Shown here: in pieces, positions 23,641 through 35,199 of the stretch | How the letters are laid out: every line of letters begins with the position of its first letter | Position numbering within the stretch: position 1 is the stretch's first letter | Source of the DNA: Octopus bimaculoides | Taxonomy: Eukaryota | Reading direction: 5' to 3' | NCBI RefSeq assembly: GCF_001194135.2 | Contig: NC_068988.1 | Span: 53,930,124 to 53,994,123 of the forward strand | Length of the DNA: 64,000 nt | Position numbers and translations under genes: made by a program | The notes under the pieces: generated by a model | The model's database searches: none | What the model was told of the DNA's origin: nothing | What the model saw: only the letters and a program-made list of their open reading frames with translations

Positions 23641-26600
23641 TGTACTAGGGTAGTTCACTGGCAGAGCCATTAGAGTGCCAAACAAAATGAGTTGTGGAAT
23701 TTAATTGCATTCTGTGTTCAAATATCTATGATGTTAAGTTTATCTTTCATCCTTCTAGGGTTGAAATATCGTGTACTTGTTGAGTATTGAGTTATGGGGC
23801 AATTAAATTGACTGCACTCCTTCAATATGTTAGCATCTGTGCCACCCCCAAATTTCTGGCCCCATGTTTATGATATTTGTTCTGGCTGTTTACATTCTAA
23901 GTTCAAATCCCTCCAGGTACAATTTTGCCTGTTATTCTTTTGAGGCTGAATAAAATCATGTACCAGTGAAGTACTGGTGTTGATGCCTAAAAATTGCTGG
24001 CTTTGTGCGACAATTTTGAAACAATTATTATTGTTACTATTTGATATAATGTTGATATTGCTTTGGTACCACTGCCTTTTTCTTTATTTTTATACAAGAT
24101 TATAACCAATTATTAAAGTTTGTTATAATAGATTGCATCAGAAGAGTGACGATGCTGCTGTTGATGATTAATAGAAGGATTAAATTAAACCATCTTGGTT
24201 TAAAAACTTGCATAATTTCTTTGTATTAGAAGCAGAAATTTTTCCTACTACATTTCGTGAAAACCTTCTCCATTGCTGGAAGAACCATTTTTATATGATG
24301 ATTATAACATAATTTTTTATAAACTCTAGGGAAGAGACAAGGTCATTGATATTTATTATCTCATCTCAAAAATGTCTGTTTTTTTTTTTTGCTCTTTCCT
24401 TTTTTTACCTCCCTTCCACTTACAGTTTTGCTCTTAATACTTGTTTCACTTCTGTCATCTGCTTTAATTTATAACTGAAGTGGGTTTTATTTTTTGGGGT
24501 TATATTTTTAAAAAACCGTATCGATCTGTGTTGTTGGTGCTAATGTTGTTTCAACAGAAATGTTTTCATCCCCAGGCAGTATTGTGAAATTCTGCTCAGT
24601 GAATGCTTCTGTGCTCCCTTTTTTTTTTCTTTCTTTTTTTGTTTGTTTGTTAAGAACTACCTGTCCATTCCCTGCATTACTGTTCTATGTATCATCACCA
24701 CAGTAGCACTATTTTCCTTCTTTGTTCAGAGTTGATTTAAGCATTCCTGTGATAACTCTTACCTAAGTCATACGCTCGTTCAAGAGTTTTCTCCCCTGAT
24801 CACTCCTCCTTACAAAAAATCTGAAAATTTTATTCATTATGGTGCTTCTATACATAAATATATATCGAGGACTCATCTTAACTCGTTCTCCCCAACTTCT
24901 ACGTTCTCGGTGTAAAATTTCAGGTGCAACAATATTGTGATAACATATTGATAATCTACCTCTAACAAATGAGTAAATTTTGAGCACGCAGGGTGTTGTG
25001 TTCTGTGGAATTGTTTCAAAATGTTTCATGTGTGAGAATTGTCTTCAAATAATGCAGTGTGTGTGTGTGATGTGTGATATATGTGTGTTGTTAATCATCT
25101 TTTACTACCTTATTGTCATACTAACGTCAAAGCAGGAATTACTTTGAAATTCTTGAATGCATTAGTCTTCATGTAAAAAGAATTTCAAATTATTCCTGCT
25201 TGTTCAGATCTTCAGCTGCTGTCTCACCAAATATTTAAGAATTGGTGCCATATTTAAGATCCAAAATCTTTTAAATGACTTCGATTTAAAGGTTACCGGG
25301 AATAATTATTAAGTGTTTGGAATTTTAAAAAATTAATAAAATGAAATTAATAAAATCGTTTTTTTTTTTTATAATTAGTATTTTAATTATATTTTAATCA
25401 TTATTGTTAATTATCAACTTGAATATTTAAAACAAATGTTAAATTCTTTCGTCTAAGTGTGGCTTTATTAAATTATATAAAGTTAATTTTGAGCTCTGAT
25501 GTTACTTTTAAAAGTATTGCATAATAATAAACAATGAAATTTATGTAAGTGTAGTTGAAAAATAATTCATTTTGGGTATTGTTTGACTTTAAAGTCTTTT
25601 TGAATAGATTACAGTTTAGTTTCACTTTGAGTGAAACTGCTTTTAAACTAAATTCGTTTTAATCAAATGAAACAAAAGCCAGTTAATTTATTTTTCTCAA
25701 ATTTTTCTTGTCCTTTTTCTGGTGTTTTTTTTCTTCACTTTATATATTTTTTTCATGATTGCATAAGCTGTTGTTGTTGTTAATTATTATTAGGATGGTA
25801 GATATTGGCAGAATCATTAGAGAGCCAGATAAAATGCCTTACAGTATTTCTTCTTGTTCTTTGCATTCTGAGTTCAAATCCTGCCTAGGTTAACTTTACT
25901 TTTCATCCTCTCTGGGGTTGGTAAAATAAAGTACCTGTTAAGTACTGGGGTTTTTGTATAATCAACTACCCCTCTCTCAAAATTGCCTCTAAATTAGACA
26001 ATATTATTATTATTATTATTATTATTATTATGATTATTAAACAATGATTTGGTTGCTTTACAAAATGAAATGATAATGAAAAACAAAAGATTTCCAAAGT
26101 GACCTTCCAATTCACTAGTTGTGCATATTCGTTGAGTAGTTTGTATGATTTCATCTTCACTGACTTCATTGTGTCAAGTGAGACCTTCAAGAAGGGTCTT
26201 TCCTGCATGTTTACAGCAAAGTGAATGCCTGGTCCCATTTTAATAAACTTTGCCAAGGAATTGTCTGTTTTGTGATTGATGTTATCAAATTAAAATTTTG
26301 TTTTGAAAAAAAAAAAAGAAAGCTTACATTGTTTGTGTTTCTTTATCTGTTAACCTTTTTCCATTTGATAGCATAATTCAGAGGTCACATGTTATGCATG
26401 AAAATGTTTCCTCTACATGATAATATCTTTCTCACAGATGTACCAAGTAAACAGAAATAACTTGACCTGCTGAAAATGCCACCTAACCTGGTGAATTGTT
26501 TGCTCTAAAAGTACAGAAATCCAATAGTGGAATTTAGTTGAAAAGGTGATGAATCCTAAAGTAGCTAGAACATTATAACCATCATTTAACATTTGCTCTC

Positions 26601-28489
26601 CATGCTGGCATGGGTTAGACAGTTTAACTGGAGTTGATGAGTGGGAGAGTTGCACCAGGTTCCAGTCTGATTTGGCACAGTTTCTACAGCTGGATGCTCT
26701 ATCTAACACCTACCACTCCAAGAGTGTAATGGATGCTTTTTATGTGCCATTTACATGACACCAGCAACGACCACGTCTATGATTCACAGGTGGGTGCCAT
26801 TTGTACAGCACCAGCAATGACTGACTCATGGGTACCATTTACGATTCCTAAATGCTGCCAATATCAAAAAACCATGATTAGATATCTCATTATAGAAGTG
26901 CAAACTGTTGTAAAAGTGGTGAAAATAACATGATATCCATCTACTAAATTTGGATGTTAGATTACAGGAAATATTAGGTTGATGATTAGAATCCTAATTA
27001 ATATAAAATAGCATAATACCATCACCACTTGCTTACATTCAAATCTTCCATCATCTATAGTCAGACCATCTCTGAAAATGTTTGAAGAGTGGAGCCTGGC
27101 TAGCAAAGATGGTGTCTTGCATACATGTCTTTCATCTCTCACTTGGATATTAGCAACAAAGACATCCAGTTATTCTTGATCAAAAATTCTTTTCTTCACT
27201 CCACCAAGTATACCTACTTTCTCTACAGCTGGCTGTCTTATAAACAAGCGTACACATTGAAGTCATTTTTATTCCATTAAACGCAATGTAGCTACTACAG
27301 CCTAAGAATCACAGAGTTATCTCCCTTACCAAGACATTTCTTTAGAAGAGCTTTTCAAGTCGGTTTATGACTGCAAGGACTAAACAACAGATCAAAGAAT
27401 TCTGAAAAAATTACAGTATGCAAGCAAAAATATGAATTGAAGATACTACGTCTCATTGGAGCTTGGAAAAAATCGTGTCTAAATGTAGCTGAGGAAAGCC
27501 CTTAGTGAGAAGCTGAAATAGTTTCAATCAACAATAGATTTGTACAGATAAGGTGGTGAGTTGGCAGAAACGTTAGCACGCTGGGCAAAATGCTTAGCGG
27601 TATTTTGTCTGTCTTTATCTCTTGAGTTCAAATTCCGCTGTAGTCGACTTTGTCTTTCATCCTTTCGGGGTCAATAGATTAAGTACCAGGTGCGTACTGA
27701 GGTCGATTTAATCAAATGGCCCTCTCCCCCAAAATTTCAGGCTTTGTGCCTAAATTAGAAATAATACATTTGTACAAATGGCAAGAAAGTGAGATTTGAT
27801 GATGGATGGGATAATCAAGATTTTCCTTTTCCTTCACAAGTCCTAGGACTCAAAAAGATCCTCCCCAAGTCATAGGGTCAGTTTCCTGGTTTCCGTGACA
27901 CATATATTTCCCCCTGGATGTGATGCCAGTCTGTTGTACGATCACTTATTTTGCTAGCTCAGTGGACTGAAGTGTTAGAATATCTACAATGACAGTGTTA
28001 AGTGGCTATAGAGAAAAATAATGGAGAAGTATAAGAAGACAGAACAATCAAATATTAATACTTTTTTTTACAAAAGAAATAAATTTTAATACACTAGTTT
28101 TATTTTTACTTCAACATAAATGGAAGAAATTGCAATTTTTTTTTATTGCATTCTTAATTTTTATTCTTGGACTTTTGCCTGCTTCAGTCAATGGACTGTG
28201 GCCATTCTGGAGCACATCCTTGAAAGATTCAGTCAAACAAACCAATCCCAGAGCTTGTTTTATGTCTGCTACTTATTCTATTGGACTCTTTTAATGAACC
28301 GCTAAGGTATAGGTATGTAAAGAAGCCAACAAAGACTTACACACACACATACATATGCACACACGTGTGTGTGTATATATATAGATATATACATATATAT
28401 ATATAATACAAATGATATATGAGCATATGCATGTATACATACATATATGTACATATCTACATGTATATATAGATGCATATCCGGGTATA

Positions 28490-29345
28490 GGACGTCAAAA
28501 AAGGAACGGGAACATAAATAAAGCACAAAAAACGGACTTTTTTTTACAGACAACAGAATGAACACATAGGAAAACAGACGAGCCACTTATGGAACTTTTC
28601 CTTCATCAGCTGCTTTTATTCTAAACTAGTCATTTTGAAGATGAGGCAGAACACTCTCAGACAGATTAATAGATTGAAAATATGAGGAGTTAAGGTCACG
28701 GTAATCCAAACTAATGCGTATGCATCCTGATTGCTCCAACAGGTAATTCACCAAAATTTCTTTTAGAGCAGCAGCTGGAGTTGGGGTTATGTGAAAGTCT
28801 TGTTTGAAAAAAAATGGTGGTTGGTGGCTTACTTCTGAGTCAGTAGGTATCAGTTAAAGTAATGAGGAAGGCAAACAGCGAGTCAAGGCAGAGCTATGGC
28901 ATTTAAATTCATTTAATTCAATCTAAAAATAGTAAAATAATGCAAAACTAGTAAAGATAGTAGAGATAGTCTCTGACAGCTGTTCCTGAGATGTCCCAGG
29001 CATTGGATCATTATATTGACTGAAGACTTTATAAACCAGGTATTCTGTCATCTGAGAACTGTATGAGGAAATGTGTGACAGACAGTAGAACGAAAGCTTC
29101 TCTTTAATGATCTTCATTACAGTTCATTATGGTTCATTCTATTCAGGAGGATAGGAGGGTTCAACTAAATCCATTTGAATCAGTTTTTCTTTAGATGAAT
29201 TCATTATCAAGAGAGTGGTTAAGTAGTATATCAATGTGAGAACGGTTAGGAAACTGCTAGTAGTTGAAAAGTCATGTGAATATTGAGAGAATGAATAAGC
29301 AAAATGTTCTTGCATGAGAGAAAATATGGACTGAGAGAGATACAA
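28490..29345 (-). mobile_element. Degenerate Penelope-like element, 3' portion
   Basis: The minus strand has a YLVYKV..Y...PGTS..QL segment reminiscent of a decayed GIY-YIG endonuclease, then a CTGATGA-containing terminal region. The end motif AGGAC(G/A)TCAAAAAA is shared with 34790-35110. Confidence 0.45.
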
Positions 29346-29543
29346 GTTTTATATTATATAGGGTTTAGTATATCAAAAATACATTCTGGTATGAGAAAGA
29401 TAGATAGCTCTATATATATATAGATAAACATTATCAACTACATATATGTAACATATTATTGTCATGTATTTGCTGGTGTTAAAAGACATGAAAGTGAGAT
29501 AACCCACCTCCAATCTCATCGAGGAATAATGGACATTGATGCT

Positions 29544-30140
29544 TCACCATTTTTGTGGCTTATCAATCTGATCTGGCAAAGTTATTGCCTGGAGGACTAA
29601 GATTAATAGGAGGAAGGTTAAGACTGAACCTTGGTGGACCCCTACCTCTACCCGGAATTCTTCACTGTACTCATTGCCAACCCTCATCTTACTGACAGTG
29701 TACCTGTACATGGCTTGTACAGCTCTCACTAACCATTCATCTATCCCTAGTTTCCTCATTGACCACAAGATAAGGGATCGGGGTACCCTGTCAACGGCTT
29801 TCTCCATGTCAATGACGGCTAGGTACAGAGGTTTATCTTTGGCTAGGTATTTCTGCTGCAGCTGTCTTACCAGAAATATATCATCAGTGGTGCTTTTCCC
29901 TGGCACAAACCCAAACTGCATCTCCTCTAAACTGACTCTCTCCCTAATTAGTTGGGCTATGACCCTCTCCGTAACCTTCATTACCTGATCCAACAACTTG
30001 ATACCTCTGGAATTTGTATCTAAAGCATCACCTTTACCTTTGTAGCAGTTGACTATGGTGCTGCTACACCAGTCATTGGGTATGATTCCTCCGTGTATCA
30101 CCTGGTTAACTATATGGGTGACTAGGCTATAGCCAACATT
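29544..30140 (-). mobile_element. RTE-clade LINE reverse transcriptase fragment (pseudogenised)
   Basis: Translation contains YKGKGDAL..RGIKLL...QFGFVPGKSTTD..F..RQLQ.KY...DMEKA.DRVPR...GVHQGSVL, i.e. RT domains 1-4. The 5' part is joined to a (CAT)n tail insertion. Confidence 0.9.
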
Positions 30141-30367
30141 GTCGTCATCATCATCATCATCATCATCATCATTATCATCATCACCATCATCATTTTTAAC
30201 ATCCATTTTCCATGCTGACATGAGTTGGATGATTTGACAGGAGCTGGCAAACTGGAGAATTCCTTTCTAATACCAACCACTTTACTGTATATTAGGTGAT
30301 TTTTTTTAGAAGATACCAGCACAATTACTTTTTATGTGGCTCTAGCACAGGTGCTTTTTGTGTGGTA

Positions 30368-31090
30368 TCAACACAGCATGGCACCAATACAATATGGCAC
30401 CAGCACAATGTGGAACCAGTGCAATGTGGCATCAGCACAGCATGGCACCAGCATAGCGTGGCACCAGCATAGAATATGAATTAATTTAAAAGAAAACAAA
30501 ACAATTTTGCTGAGATAAAAATAATATAGGCATAGGAGTGGCTGTATGGTAAGTAGCTTGCATATGAACCACATGGTTCCGGGTTCAGTCCCACTGCGTG
30601 GCACCTTGGGCAAGTGTCTTCTACTATAGCCTCGGGCCGACCAAAGCCTTGTGAGTGGATTTGGTAGACGGAAACTGAAAGAAGCCCGTCGTATATATGT
30701 ACATATATATATATATATATATGCATGTGTGTGTATATGTTTGTGTGTCTGTGTTTCTTCCCCCCACCCCAAACATCGTTTGACAACCGATGTTGGTGTG
30801 TTTACATCCCCGTCACTTAGCGGTTCGGCAAAAGAGACCGATAGAATAAGTACTAGGCTTACAAAGAATAAGTCCTGGGGTCGATTTGCTCAACTAAAGG
30901 CGGTGCTCCAGCATGACCACAGTCAAATGACTGAAACAAGTAAAAAAGTAAAAGAGTATATGTACACTGCATGGTACCACCAGCACAGCATAGCACCAGC
31001 ATAGCATGACATCAGCCCAATGTGGCACCAAGACAGCATGGAACCAGCACAACATGGTACCAGCACAGCGTGGCACCAGCACAAAATGTG
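30368..31090. repeat. Two arrays of a 16-bp minisatellite (consensus TGGCACCAGCACAGCA) at about 30368-30472 and 30965-31085, flanking a SINE family B copy
   Basis: TGG starts at 31023, 31039, 31055 and 31071 (period 16). Both arrays are followed by a similar A-rich segment of about 55 bp. Confidence 0.8.
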
Positions 31091-31159
31091 AATAAATTTA
31101 AAAGAACAAAAAAGAATTTTGTTGAAATTAAAATAGTATATAAATATACAGTTCTATAT

Positions 31160-31230
31160 GGGCATATGGTGTAGTGGTTAAGAGCGCAGGCTACTAACCC
31201 GAAGATTCCGAGTTCGATTCTAGGCAATGG

Positions 31231-31278
<48 letters not shown>

Positions 31279-31292
31279 TAACAATAATAATA

Positions 31293-31351
<59 letters not shown>

Positions 31352-31385
31352 AATAATAATAATAATGATAATGATAATATTAATA
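31160..31385 (+). mobile_element. Short tRNA-derived SINE or pseudo-tRNA head followed by (AAT)n(GAT)n
   Basis: GGGCATATGGTGTAGTGGTTAAGAGCG...GAGTTCGATTC has A and B boxes but poor acceptor and anticodon stems; the loop would read ACT. Confidence 0.65.
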
Positions 31386-31828
31386 AAAGTGGAAAAGATC
31401 TGGGCAATTTACAATAAATCGATCAAGATAAGTTGCACTCAGAATGAGGACACTCTTCAGCTCTTGTAAATTCAAAAAACGTATCCTAATATTTAAAAAT
31501 GCAATAAAATAAAATAGGAAAAAGTAGAAATACCTGTACATTTAAGCAATTATTAGTACAATACATAAAATGTCAAGGTTTTATAATAATAATCATCTGT
31601 CAAGTTAAAGGCATAATTCATCTAATGAAGAAATACTTTCAGTAGATCAAGAATAGGTAAACATAAAAAGATAGTGTTATTAACTATTAAATGAATTCAG
31701 ACGTTCAACAGTATTAATAAAAAGAACAATATCACTTATCTTATCGAAGATTCTTTGTTGACTGTAGCATTACTCATGAAACATAGAATTGAATATCCTT
31801 GTAAGTTCGGATTTTGACATTCCCTAAT

Positions 31829-31871
<43 letters not shown>

Positions 31872-32131
31872 TATATACATATTTATATATATGGCAAACC
31901 AAGTGAGACCTAAATCTAAGGCCTCAGCCAGCCCACTTATACGTACCTTCCTGTTGAGGCAAGTGAAATCGAAATCGAATTAAATTCGACGACTGGCACC
32001 CATGCCAACGTCATCTCCTTCATTGGACATGAAACTCGGCTTGCGAAGACCTATTGGGGCAAGCGAAAGCAAAATCGTCAGGGCAGCTGTGCCCAGCATC
32101 GCCTTCCTGGCACTTGTGCCGGATGGCACGT

Positions 32132-32963
32132 NNNNNNNNNNNNNNNNNNNNNNNNNNNNNNNNNNNNNNNNNNNNNNNNNNNNNNNNNNNNNNNNNNNNN
32201 NNNNNNNNNNNNNNNNNNNNNNNNNNNNNNNNNNNNNNNNNNNNNNNNNNNNNNNNNNNNNNNNNNNNNNNNNNNNNNNNNNNNNNNNNNNNNNNNNNNN
32301 NNNNNNNNNNNNNNNNNNNNNNNNNNNNNNNNNNNNNNNNNNNNNNNNNNNNNNNNNNNNNNNNNNNNNNNNNNNNNNNNNNNNNNNNNNNNNNNNNNNN
32401 NNNNNNNNNNNNNNNNNNNNNNNNNNNNNNNNNNNNNNNNNNNNNNNNNNNNNNNNNNNNNNNNNNNNNNNNNNNNNNNNNNNNNNNNNNNNNNNNNNNN
32501 NNNNNNNNNNNNNNNNNNNNNNNNNNNNNNNNNNNNNNNNNNNNNNNNNNNNNNNNNNNNNNNNNNNNNNNNNNNNNNNNNNNNNNNNNNNNNNNNNNNN
32601 NNNNNNNNNNNNNNNNNNNNNNNNNNNNNNNNNNNNNNNNNNNNNNNNNNNNNNNNNNNNNNNNNNNNNNNNNNNNNNNNNNNNNNNNNNNNNNNNNNNN
32701 NNNNNNNNNNNNNNNNNNNNNNNNNNNNNNNNNNNNNNNNNNNNNNNNNNNNNNNNNNNNNNNNNNNNNNNNNNNNNNNNNNNNNNNNNNNNNNNNNNNN
32801 NNNNNNNNNNNNNNNNNNNNNNNNNNNNNNNNNNNNNNNNNNNNNNNNNNNNNNNNNNNNNNNNNNNNNNNNNNNNNNNNNNNNNNNNNNNNNNNNNNNN
32901 NNNNNNNNNNNNNNNNNNNNNNNNNNNNNNNNNNNNNNNNNNNNNNNNNNNNNNNNNNNNNNN
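32132..32963. other. Assembly gap (N run); other gaps at 11913-11922, 33806-34395, 51358-52099
   Basis: Runs of N, mostly bordered by high-copy repeats or microsatellites. Confidence 0.99.
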
Positions 32964-32977
32964 CCTTGTCTCCGTAT

Positions 32978-33014
32978 TCTTTCTGTTGAAGAGCGTAGCT
33001 CGAAACGTCAAAGA
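32978..33014 (+). ncRNA. Minimal type I hammerhead ribozyme-like motif with variant core CUGUUGA, Penelope-like terminal repeat context
   Basis: Stem I TCTTT(32978-82)/AAAGA(33010-14); core CTGTTGA(32983-89) plus A; stem II GAGC-gta-GCTC (32991-33001); GAAA; palindromic ACGT stem III; GUC cleavage triplet ending at 33009. Confidence 0.65.
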
Positions 33015-33102
33015 CTTTCCGTATTCCCGAGCGTCATACTAATATATACTTTTGTTATTTACACCACCTGTCCTCGTCTGTTGTTATTATTTGTATATTC
33101 TC

Positions 33103-33168
<66 letters not shown>

Positions 33169-33543
33169 GTAAGGTGGCCAGTTAATTGTAACATCAGTAC
33201 TTTTTGAATCCTGCTTTCATGTATGAGTGACAGGGGATTTTATCTTAGCATACAATTGCTAGTGAGTACATGATACTGTCAAACCCCACAAAAGGCAGAA
33301 ATCTACATCTTGCATCCCCATCATGTCTGTTACATGGTAATCACCTGCTTCTGTAATATACTTGTGTTGTTTAATGCAGTACATTCATAAGGCATGGCTG
33401 TGTGGTAAGAAGCTTACTTTCCAACCACATGGTTTCAGGTTCAGTCCCACTCTGTGGTAACTTGGGCAAGTTTCTTCTGCTATAGCCTCGGGCTAACTAA
33501 AGCCTTGTGAGAGGATTTGGTAGTTGGAAACTGAAAGAAGCCC

Positions 33544-33579
<36 letters not shown>

Positions 33580-33615
33580 TATAAAACTTACTTGGAAATG
33601 GATGCGTGGCATTCG

Positions 33616-34700
33616 TTCATCATCATCATCATCATCATCGTTTAACGTCCGCTTTCCATGCTAGCATGGGTTGGACGATTTGACTGAGGACTGGTGAAAC
33701 CGGATGGCAACACCAGGCTCCAGTCTGATTTGGCAGAGTTTCTACAGCTGGATGCCCTTCCTAACGCCAACCACTCAGAGAGTGTAGTGGGTGCTTTTAC
33801 GTGTCNNNNNNNNNNNNNNNNNNNNNNNNNNNNNNNNNNNNNNNNNNNNNNNNNNNNNNNNNNNNNNNNNNNNNNNNNNNNNNNNNNNNNNNNNNNNNNN
33901 NNNNNNNNNNNNNNNNNNNNNNNNNNNNNNNNNNNNNNNNNNNNNNNNNNNNNNNNNNNNNNNNNNNNNNNNNNNNNNNNNNNNNNNNNNNNNNNNNNNN
34001 NNNNNNNNNNNNNNNNNNNNNNNNNNNNNNNNNNNNNNNNNNNNNNNNNNNNNNNNNNNNNNNNNNNNNNNNNNNNNNNNNNNNNNNNNNNNNNNNNNNN
34101 NNNNNNNNNNNNNNNNNNNNNNNNNNNNNNNNNNNNNNNNNNNNNNNNNNNNNNNNNNNNNNNNNNNNNNNNNNNNNNNNNNNNNNNNNNNNNNNNNNNN
34201 NNNNNNNNNNNNNNNNNNNNNNNNNNNNNNNNNNNNNNNNNNNNNNNNNNNNNNNNNNNNNNNNNNNNNNNNNNNNNNNNNNNNNNNNNNNNNNNNNNNN
34301 NNNNNNNNNNNNNNNNNNNNNNNNNNNNNNNNNNNNNNNNNNNNNNNNNNNNNNNNNNNNNNNNNNNNNNNNNNNNNNNNNNNNNNNNNNNNNNNAGTCT
34401 GCCTTTTACTCTGAGTGAGAGTCCCTTTGTCGCCAGCAGGGGTAAGAGCTCTCTAAACTTTGCCCAGGCTATTCTTATTCTAGCAGCTACACTTTCAGCG
34501 CACCCACCCCCACTACTAACTTGGTCGCCCAGATAGCGGAAGCTATCGACTACCTCTAGTTTTTCACCCTGGAATGAGATAGAAGTTGTTTCCTGTTTGT
34601 TTGCAGTCTTTATTGCACCTGAACATCTGCCACAAACAAAAACTAACTTGCTAGTTAACCTGCCTTTGATGTTGCTGCACCTCTTATGTGTCCATAGCTT
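33616..34700 (-). mobile_element. RTE LINE 3' portion spanning an assembly gap (RT C-terminal region plus tail)
   Basis: CTRCKLWTHKRCSNIKGRL...LEVVDSFRYLGDQVSSGGGC..SV.ARIRIAWAKFRELLPLL before the gap; the RTE tail after it. Confidence 0.85.
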
Positions 34701-34789
34701 GCACCGGGTACATCTATAATAATATAAATTATCTATAAATATATGCATATATACATACATATATGTACATACCTACATATATATGTACA

Positions 34790-35110
34790 TATACATGTAT
34801 ATATGGGTTCAGGACATCAAAAAAAACGTAGACAAAATGAGAAATGAGAACATAAAAAACAAAAACATAGAAAACGAACTTTGTTCGACCGACAAAAGAA
34901 ACAAACAGGAGAGAGAGAGAGAGAGAGAGATAGTAGGAAACAGCAAAAGTGTAAGAGAGAGCAGGAGAGAGATGGTGTAGTGCTAGTAATGAGGATCTGA
35001 ACATAAAACCTGGGTAGAAAAATATGGTGTGAGTGTTTTTGGGGGAGAGCAGCAATACAGTCAGTAGGGCAGTGGGGGCAAGAAAGGGGATTGGAAAACA
35101 ATCATAATTT
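34790..35110 (-). mobile_element. Penelope-like terminal remnant
   Basis: Shares AGGACATCAAAAAA and GTCAGTAGG motifs and an A-rich layout with 28490-28860. Confidence 0.35.
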
Positions 35111-35199
35111 ATGAAGAGGAAATATGAGGAAGAGAAAGACGCAGTTTAGAAGTGGAGTTGTAATTTGGTTCCCTATGGTAAAGTGTGTTGTTACACGTG

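Noticed and set aside
24763-25029. 88-aa minus-strand ORF
   Set aside because: No homology recognised and no convincing splice or start context.
30368-31090. Possible CRISPR-like array
   Set aside because: Units are contiguous 16-mers with no unique spacers, in a eukaryotic context with no cas genes.
31980-34760. Long ORFs (200-370 aa) in the supplied track; also 51248-52233
   Set aside because: They are open only because they run through N gaps; the flanks are LINE/SINE sequence.
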